From the NCBI GenBank assembly GCA_040005235.1, contig JBDTZG010000087.1, forward strand, positions 1 to 18,307: a stretch of DNA of 18,307 bases. The letters run 5' to 3'. The notes under the pieces were generated by a model. It ran no database searches and was not told the origin of the DNA. It saw only the letters and a program-made list of their open reading frames with translations. Within the stretch, counting starts at the first letter, position 1, and each line of letters starts with the position of its first letter. Both the position numbers and the translations under genes were made by a program. The DNA is from Acidobacteriota bacterium. GTDB lineage: Bacteria > Acidobacteriota > Thermoanaerobaculia > Multivoradales > UBA5704. Positions 1 through 6,280 of this stretch are shown here, in pieces.

Positions 1-509
1 AGCGTCATCTCGGTCATCAGCTTCGCCCAGCCGTACATGTTGTCGGCGTCGTAGGGCGGCCCGACCATCTCCTCGGTCAGGTAGAGCTCCTTGGTGACGT
101 CCTGTTGGATGAAGTTCGGGTAGACGCAGCCGGACGAGGCGAAGACGAACTTTCCCACCCCCGCCTCGTAGGCCGCCTTGACCAACATGCCGTCCATCGC
201 CAGGTTCTGCGCGCAGGCCCCCTGGTGCAGGTCGACGTAGCCCCGTCCGCCGTGGATCGCCGCGAGATGGAACACGACGTCGATTCCGGCGACCGAGGAC
301 TGCGCGACCCCGGGCTCCAGCAGATCCTGCTGGCGGAACTCAACGACCCCCGAATCGATGTGAGTTTGAATGTTCGCCAGCTTGCCACTCGTCAGGTCGT
401 CGACCACGCGGATGCGCGTAACCCCTTTTTCGACCAGCCGGTCGATCAGGTGCGAGCTGATGAACGAGGCTCCGCCGGTGACCAGAACGGTCTTTTCCTT
501 CCAATCCAT
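1..509 (-). CDS. NAD-dependent epimerase/dehydratase (extended SDR), GDP-mannose 3,5-epimerase-like; 3' end beyond the window edge
   Basis: Not in the ORF track; translated by hand from ATG at 509: MDWKEKTVLVTGGASFISSHLIDRLVEKG...VVDDLTSG...FHLAAIHGGRGYV...FVFASSGCVYP...MYGWAKLMTE. It has a Rossmann start, the SS-x-C-VYP motif and the YxxxK catalytic motif, with a GGAGAG RBS at 514-519. Open to the window edge. Confidence 0.9.
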   Translation of the reverse strand, partial: MDWKEKTVLVTGGASFISSHLIDRLVEKGVTRIRVVDDLTSGKLANIQTHIDSGVVEFRQQDLLEPGVAQSSVAGIDVVFHLAAIHGGRGYVDLHQGACAQNLAMDGMLVKAAYEAGVGKFVFASSGCVYPNFIQQDVTKELYLTEEMVGPPYDADNMYGWAKLMTEMT

Positions 510-608
510 AAAACTCTCCAGGCTCCAGATGCTCGGCCGGTCGATGGCGACCTCGATGCGATGGAACGCGCGATAGTCTACCGGACGCCAAGCGGGCACC
601 CCAAATCG
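510..608. promoter_or_regulatory. Divergent intergenic region with candidate overlapping -10 elements
   Basis: The only sizeable non-coding gap in the window. TAGTCT on plus (574-579) and TAGACT on minus (575-580) both fit TAnnnT; -35 matches are weak. Confidence 0.35.
514..519 (-). promoter_or_regulatory. Shine-Dalgarno site of the epimerase gene
   Basis: Minus strand reads GGAGAG-TTTT-ATG (start at 509). Confidence 0.65.
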
Positions 609-1481
609 ATGCTGCCACCCCCCTCAACCCAGACCGTGGCGAGCCTCCTCGGGCACGCCCAGGTAGACACGGCGATCGCTTGCCTGGGGAGCCTGCTCGC
701 TTACTCCGCCGATTCGATTCGCCTCCGCCTTCACGACGACGGCAGCCTGACCGAGGGTGACCGCGACCGCCTCAGCCGGGCGCTGGGAGATGTCGTCTAC
801 GTCGGCCGGCCGGAGGCCGACGACCGGGTCGCCGATCTCCTTGCCCGCCGTCCGGCCCTCGCTGCGTATCGCCGAGAGAGCCCGCTCGCCTTGAAGCTGG
901 TGGACACGGTTCTCTTCTCCGAAGGAGACACCCTCTCCTACTGCGACTCCGACGTGCTGTTCCTCCGGCCGTTTTCCGGCCTGTTCCTTTTTCTCGCGCC
1001 CGTGACCGAAGCCTGTTTCATGCGCGACAGCCAGAATGCCTACTCGGTCCGTTCCCGGCACCTGATGACTGAACAGCGGCTCCGGTTGCCCGCCCGAGTC
1101 AACACCGGGCTCATCCACGTGCGGGCGCGATGTTTCGATCCGGACCTGCTGGAGTGGTACCTCTCGCGCCCGGAATACTGCTTCGCGCCGCCCTGGGTCG
1201 AGCAGACCGCCTGGGCGCTGCTCGCCGGAAACCGGACCTGTCGGCTGTTCGATCCGCGCCAGATCGCCTTCCCTGGTGCTTCTACTGCCTCACCCAGCAC
1301 CGTGGCGCTCCATTTCGTGAGCCCCCTGCGCGCCCGGTTGGGAGAGGTTCTGGCTCACGCGTCGGATCGCCGGGGCGAGGCGCCGGTCGAGATTCGGAGC
1401 GGGCTCGCGCGTCGCCTGTCACCGCTCGACCTCGCGGCGACCGAAGCCCGGCGCGCGCTCCGCCGCCTATTCCTTCGGTAG
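609..1481 (+). CDS. Putative GT-A fold glycosyltransferase (GT8-like / nucleotide-diphospho-sugar transferase), ~290 aa
   Basis: 3' part of ORF 105..1481, whose 5' part is an antisense shadow of the epimerase. Motifs: LRLHDDGSL, LKLVD, YCDSDVLF (DxD at 945-953), NTGL, EQT, LHF. Start uncertain (ATG 609; alternatives ATG 561, GTG 636). Confidence 0.7.
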   Translation: MLPPPSTQTVASLLGHAQVDTAIACLGSLLAYSADSIRLRLHDDGSLTEGDRDRLSRALGDVVYVGRPEADDRVADLLARRPALAAYRRESPLALKLVDTVLFSEGDTLSYCDSDVLFLRPFSGLFLFLAPVTEACFMRDSQNAYSVRSRHLMTEQRLRLPARVNTGLIHVRARCFDPDLLEWYLSRPEYCFAPPWVEQTAWALLAGNRTCRLFDPRQIAFPGASTASPSTVALHFVSPLRARLGEVLAHASDRRGEAPVEIRSGLARRLSPLDLAATEARRALRRLFLR

Positions 1482-2690
1482 GGGGGCCGATAGCGGCGAC
1501 GCGGGCCGGCTCGAAACGACCGCGAACCGCTCTTTGAGTTGCAGAAACGGCGACTCGAAGAACCGGTACGAGAGGTGCGCCAGAAGGAGCGTGGCGCCGA
1601 TTGCGATGCCGTAGAACGCGACGCAGTAGAGCGCCAGGGGCCGGCCGTGCCACCAGGAGGTCCGCTGGAACAGCGCGGTGGTGGCGTAGACCGCGATCAT
1701 GTGCAACATGTAGATCCCGTACGAAATCACCCCGAGATGGTCGAGCACCCGGCCGCCGAGCGAGGTGCCGCGGAGCGAGAGAATGCGTCGCGGGTTGGCG
1801 GCGACGTTGACGATCAACCAGGGGTAGAGGGCAAGCTGGACCAACTCTTCGGCGTAGCCGCCCCAGCGAGCCCAGTTGAACAGGTAGAAGTCGGCGAGCA
1901 GCAGGAGCAGAACCCATTGGACGATCCGGCTCGCGAACGGCCAGGCGCCGAGCAGGCGCTCGCGCCGCTTGACCAACGCCCAGGCGGCGAATCCGCCGAT
2001 CGCCATGAAGTGGAACTTGATTTGGCTGAAGAACAATCTCGCACGGCCGGGTCCCAAGAGCTCGAACCGGTTGAGCACGAAGATCGCGAGCGAGACCGAA
2101 AAGATCACCGCGAGCAACAGGGGAAGCCGTGCCTGCCACCGCTTCACCGCGGGGGCCCAGGCCAGGTAGAACTGCTCCTCGATGCCGATCGACCAGAGCG
2201 GGTTCAAGATCCCGCCCACGGTATACAGGCTATTCATCAGGTTGGGCAGGAAGAACAGGTAGAGGAGCGCGGCGAGCGGGATCGAATACTCGACCGGATA
2301 GGGGATGCCCACGGCAGGAAGAACCAGGTTGTAGAAGGTGAGGCCGAAGGCGACGACCGCAAAATAAAGCGGCCAAATGCGCAGCACGCGGCGCAGATAA
2401 AACTTGCGCACCGCGATCGTTCCGGTGAGTTGCTGCTCGGTCAGCAGCAGGTAGGTGATCAAAAAACCCGACAGGGTGAAGAAGAACGCCACGGCCGGCG
2501 CGCCGCGAAAAAAGAGCGCCCCGTACGAAGGGCTCGGCAGCTTGCCGCTCGCCTGGTTGAGCGGGATGTGGCCGATCACCACGAAGAGAGCGGCGAAGAA
2601 GCGCAGGGCGTTGAGACCGCCGAAATGGACTTTTCTCGGAGTCGAGTCGGGCACCGGGGCGACCGCGCGCCCCGCAATCTCGGCCGTCAT
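1467..2690 (-). CDS. Acyltransferase family 3 (OafA/YrhL/NodX-like) membrane O-acyltransferase, ~407 aa
   Basis: GLNALRFFAALFVVIGH, AVAFFFTLSGFLIT, FYLRRVLRIWPLY, LWSIGIEEQFYL, LGVISYGIYMLH and SYRFFESPF are AT3 signatures; many hydrophobic segments. ATG 2690 overlaps the upstream TGA (ATGA) with GAGG at 2697-2700. Confidence 0.93.
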   Translation of the reverse strand: MTAEIAGRAVAPVPDSTPRKVHFGGLNALRFFAALFVVIGHIPLNQASGKLPSPSYGALFFRGAPAVAFFFTLSGFLITYLLLTEQQLTGTIAVRKFYLRRVLRIWPLYFAVVAFGLTFYNLVLPAVGIPYPVEYSIPLAALLYLFFLPNLMNSLYTVGGILNPLWSIGIEEQFYLAWAPAVKRWQARLPLLLAVIFSVSLAIFVLNRFELLGPGRARLFFSQIKFHFMAIGGFAAWALVKRRERLLGAWPFASRIVQWVLLLLLADFYLFNWARWGGYAEELVQLALYPWLIVNVAANPRRILSLRGTSLGGRVLDHLGVISYGIYMLHMIAVYATTALFQRTSWWHGRPLALYCVAFYGIAIGATLLLAHLSYRFFESPFLQLKERFAVVSSRPASPLSAPLPKE

Positions 2691-3793
2691 TCCCATCCTC
2701 GGCGCTTCAGCTCATCAGCCAGCAGGCGGGCCACCACCGCATGGCCGTGCGGGCTGTAATGGACGCCGTCGAGAAACAGCTGGGTCTTGTCGCTCCGTGC
2801 GCGGAAGGTGGGTAGCGGGTTGAAGCACGAGATCCCTTGCTCGGCGCAGAAACGCAGAAGGCGCTCCGTCACGTTGTCAAACTTTCGGTCGAACAGCTGA
2901 ACCTCGTCGGGCGAGAGGAACACCAGAAACCGCGCACCGTTCGCTTCCACCGCCTGGCGCACCTCTAAAATCGCCTCGAATGCGGACACCGTCCTGTCGT
3001 CGGGAGTCTCGGCCAGGTATGCGGCATCGGCTTGGATCTCGTCGTGATTGAGCGTCTCGGGATATCGCTCTCGCCGGAGATCGTGAAACAGCCGATAGGA
3101 AAGTCCGGTGACTAGTTGGTTCAGCCGGCGATAGAGCGCGGAGCCGAACAAGACCCGGTTCTTGATCGCGATCAGGCGTTGCCCGAAGGTGGGTGCCGGA
3201 GGCGCCGCGGGAGCCGCCCCCGTCGCAGGGTTTCCTTTGACCTTCACGCGGACGGAAAAATCGTTTAGGTAGAATTGAAGGATGACGGTTGCGGGGTGGT
3301 ACTTGGCGCCGTCCTCGTTGAAGGCGGCCAGCTCGTCCAGGGTGTCGTAGGCGAAGACCGCCAGGTTGATCACCTCGCTGGGATGTTGCGTGCTCGCCGA
3401 AAGCTCGCGCTCTAGCTCGGCCGCGTAGATTCGATCCTGCGGCACGCCGAGCCCGAAGGTCACTGAGTCGCCAAGCAGCAGCACGCGCCGTGCGGACTTG
3501 GCCTCCGGGTCATGGTCGATGTCGCGATAGCCCTCCCGGTTCAGCCGGTAGCGGATGTTGCCATAGCGCTCGGGGGCCGTGAGGTCGGCGTTCGGCCGCA
3601 GAACGAAACGACTCCCGAGCCGCGGCACGATGAGCGAATAGAGAGTGCCGCTCGGAGCGAGAAAGTGTTCGACCGCCCGGACCAGGATTTCGCCCGCCGG
3701 AATCAGAACCGCGAGCAGCAGGGCCAGCCGAGCGAGGTTCCTCCGCGCACGTGCCCAGAAGCCCGGTTTCGGTTCGATCTGAGGTTCGTTCAT
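2687..3793 (-). CDS. SGNH/GDSL hydrolase-family protein with N-terminal membrane anchor, ~368 aa
   Basis: Block I LLLGDSVTFG, block III FYLND, block V DGVHYS; N-terminal hydrophobic stretch LARLALLLAVLIPAGEILVRAV. ATG 3793 lies in an ATGA overlap. Confidence 0.87.
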   Translation of the reverse strand: MNEPQIEPKPGFWARARRNLARLALLLAVLIPAGEILVRAVEHFLAPSGTLYSLIVPRLGSRFVLRPNADLTAPERYGNIRYRLNREGYRDIDHDPEAKSARRVLLLGDSVTFGLGVPQDRIYAAELERELSASTQHPSEVINLAVFAYDTLDELAAFNEDGAKYHPATVILQFYLNDFSVRVKVKGNPATGAAPAAPPAPTFGQRLIAIKNRVLFGSALYRRLNQLVTGLSYRLFHDLRRERYPETLNHDEIQADAAYLAETPDDRTVSAFEAILEVRQAVEANGARFLVFLSPDEVQLFDRKFDNVTERLLRFCAEQGISCFNPLPTFRARSDKTQLFLDGVHYSPHGHAVVARLLADELKRRGWE

Positions 3794-4581
3794 GCCGGAC
3801 CGCGCTCCCGCGGCCGGGGAACGGCAAGGGTGTTCCAAGGCGCCGCGGCGAGCGGCGAGCGTGCCGCCGCGGGCACCGAGGCGTCGAGCACGTCGTAGCC
3901 GTAGGCAACGAACAGCGCGCCGACCGGACCGGCGTTCTCCGCCGTGACCTCGCAGAAGATCCGCGGCCTCGCCTCCGAAAGGAGTCTCGTCGCCCCTTGG
4001 AGCGCGAGCAGCTCCGCACCCTCGACGTCGATCTTCAAGACGTCGGGGGCGGGGCCGATTTCGAGCAGGCCGTCGAGCGTGATTGCCGTGACCCTGCGGG
4101 TCGTGCGTACGCCGCCCGCCTGAGAAGAACCCTCGACGGCGGCCAGGTGGTTAGCGGCCCGGCCCCGTTCGGCGATCAAGAATTCGACCGTGCCGGCCGT
4201 GGTGGTCGCCGCCGCCTCGATCACCTCGACCGGCGCCCGCCCGGCAGGCTGGCTCGCGGCCGAACGGCGCAAGAGGCTCGCGAGGAACGGATCGGGCTCG
4301 ACGGCGCGGACGTTGCCTTTCTCACCGGAAAGAAACGCCGCGGCGAAGGTAAACAGGCCGACGTTCGCGCCGACGTCCCAGACCTGGGCGCCCGGGAAGA
4401 CCAGCTCGGCCGCGGCATCGAGGAGGGCCGGATCGAACCGGCGAAGATCGCGCCCCCAGAGCTTGAGCGCCGCGTCGGGCGTGACGAAGATCGTCGCGCC
4501 GCCGAGCTCCTTGGGTAGCCGGCGCCTGAGCACGCGTCCTCGGCTCAAATACTCGATCAGCCGCCGAATCGACCGGCGCAT
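3790..4581 (-). CDS. FkbM-family SAM methyltransferase, ~263 aa
   Basis: VWDVGANVGLFT, AVEPDP, ITLDGL, LKIDVEGAELLALQGA, IFCEV. ATG 4581 lies in a TGATG overlap with the upstream stop. Confidence 0.92.
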   Translation of the reverse strand: MRRSIRRLIEYLSRGRVLRRRLPKELGGATIFVTPDAALKLWGRDLRRFDPALLDAAAELVFPGAQVWDVGANVGLFTFAAAFLSGEKGNVRAVEPDPFLASLLRRSAASQPAGRAPVEVIEAAATTTAGTVEFLIAERGRAANHLAAVEGSSQAGGVRTTRRVTAITLDGLLEIGPAPDVLKIDVEGAELLALQGATRLLSEARPRIFCEVTAENAGPVGALFVAYGYDVLDASVPAAARSPLAAAPWNTLAVPRPRERGPA

Positions 4582-5486
4582 CAGGTGCGTTCCCCCCGGC
4601 CGAAAGAGCCGGGCGCGCAACGATACCGGGTCACCTCCCGCTCGGCCGCGAACGCTGCGGACGAGACCGGCCGGCCCCGCACGTCGAAGACCCGGTAGTC
4701 GAATCGCCGTAGGAGATCGAACAACTCCGCCATCGAAGTCCTCAAACGTTCGAGGCTCGCCGGGTGAGCTTCGAGGAAGAGATCCGGCCGGACTTCGCCG
4801 AGCAGCCGAACGGCACCCCGCAAGGTCGAAAGCTCATAGCCCTCGACGTCGATCTTGATCACGTCCGGGACGAAGCTCTCCCCGGCGCAGATCGCATCGA
4901 GCGTGCGGACGGGGATGGTGAGGACGCCGGGGGCGTCTGCCTCCCCTTCGGCACAGGCTTCCAGGTGGTGCCAATCGAGCCGCATCGCGATCGTCCCCTC
5001 GGCGGCGCCGGCCGCGATCTGGAGCACGCGGGTCTTCGCCTCTGGATTCCTTCCGGCGTTGGCGGCGAGGATCGGGAAGGCTAGTGGAGAAGGTTCGATC
5101 GCAAGCGCCTCGGCGTCGGCCCGACCGTGGGAGAAGGCGAGAGAGAAGATCCCGTGCAGGGCGCCCACGTCGAGAAGCCGGCGCCGGGGCGCTCCGCTTC
5201 CGCGGCTGTGGGCGAGAAAGCCGTCCAGCTCCTCGGCCATGTCGAGAGAACGGAAACAGAAGTACTCGAAACCATCGCGCGCGGCCGGCTCGATCGACAG
5301 CCTCAGCCCGGGGCGGATCTCGATTCGGTCGGGGGGCAAGCCGGCGTTCGCCCGCGCAAACCCGCGGCGCCGGATCGCGAGGCGGGGGTCACGGTCGCGG
5401 AGCCGATGCCAGGCGCGGCGCACCCGGTCGAGCCGCCGTTCCCCGAGCACGCGACCGAGAAGGGCTTTTGCCCGCTCGGCGCTCAT
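4581..5486 (-). CDS. FkbM-family SAM methyltransferase, ~301 aa
   Basis: LLDVGALHGIFS, AIEPSP, RTLDAI, IKIDVEGYELSTLRGA, FLEAHP. Start corrected to ATG 5486 (ATGA overlap, GAAGGAG RBS). Confidence 0.92.
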   Translation of the reverse strand: MSAERAKALLGRVLGERRLDRVRRAWHRLRDRDPRLAIRRRGFARANAGLPPDRIEIRPGLRLSIEPAARDGFEYFCFRSLDMAEELDGFLAHSRGSGAPRRRLLDVGALHGIFSLAFSHGRADAEALAIEPSPLAFPILAANAGRNPEAKTRVLQIAAGAAEGTIAMRLDWHHLEACAEGEADAPGVLTIPVRTLDAICAGESFVPDVIKIDVEGYELSTLRGAVRLLGEVRPDLFLEAHPASLERLRTSMAELFDLLRRFDYRVFDVRGRPVSSAAFAAEREVTRYRCAPGSFGRGERT

Positions 5487-6280
5487 GCCTGCTCCTTCGG
5501 TGCGCGAGACCGGAGCCAAGCCCACCGCATCCCCTCGGGCCGGCCCTCCCAGAGCGCGTTCGGGCGCCGCTCGGATCCGAGCGCATCGAGGGCGGGCAGG
5601 TGCAGAGTGGAGCGGTCCGCCATCGAGAAGATCTCGATCTCGTGGGTCCGGCGGAATCGTTCGAGCAGGGTCGCCGAGAGAGTCGGGTCGATGAAGTCGT
5701 GCAGCTCGACGATCAGATCGGTCGCGGCCAGCTCGGGAACTCGGACCGGGTCGAGCAGGGAGAGCTCGCACCCTTCGCAGTCGCAAACGACCAGCGATCC
5801 CGGACCCGCCAGGCTCCGAAGGTTCTCCGGGCGGCACAGGCCCTTCACCCGGATCCGCTTGGCGACGCCGTTTCTCCGCGCCAGCTGCCGGGCGCGCTGG
5901 CGCGCCAAGATATCGGTGTCAAAGGCGTGGATTTGAGCCTCGGGCAATCGGTGCGCGAACCCGACGGCGTAGTAGCCCTCGCCGCAGCCTACGTTGATCA
6001 CCCGGCGGTAGCCGCGTTCGATCGCCCCTTCGACCGCCGGGTGGATCTCCAGCTCGTACGAGCCGACCAGCTTGGGCAAGAGGCCGCTGCCGCTCGCGAA
6101 CGGAAGATACCGGGTGCCGGCGAAAGGTCCGGAGAGAACTCGCAGCTCGGAGCCACAAAGCGATTCCGCGATCGCCGCGGTCTTAGGGTCAAGCCGCTCG
6201 GGGCTCAACGCGTAGCGCAAGGTACGCAGGGCGAGGAACAGGTGGGGCGCACGCTCGCGCAGCGCCAGGGCAAGGCTCAT
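5483..6280 (-). CDS. Class I SAM methyltransferase, FkbM-like, ~265 aa
   Basis: GPFAGTRY, KLVGSYELE, VINVGCGEGYYAVG (motif I), HAFD, CDCEGCE (analogous to DVEGxE), IVELHD. Start corrected to ATG 6280 (ATGA overlap). Confidence 0.8.
   Translation of the reverse strand: MSLALALRERAPHLFLALRTLRYALSPERLDPKTAAIAESLCGSELRVLSGPFAGTRYLPFASGSGLLPKLVGSYELEIHPAVEGAIERGYRRVINVGCGEGYYAVGFAHRLPEAQIHAFDTDILARQRARQLARRNGVAKRIRVKGLCRPENLRSLAGPGSLVVCDCEGCELSLLDPVRVPELAATDLIVELHDFIDPTLSATLLERFRRTHEIEIFSMADRSTLHLPALDALGSERRPNALWEGRPEGMRWAWLRSRAPKEQA

Noticed and set aside
105-608. 5' extension of the 458-aa plus-strand ORF
   Set aside because: It is antisense to a clear SDR epimerase (509 to <1) and crosses the intergenic gap; GT-like sequence starts only at about 609.
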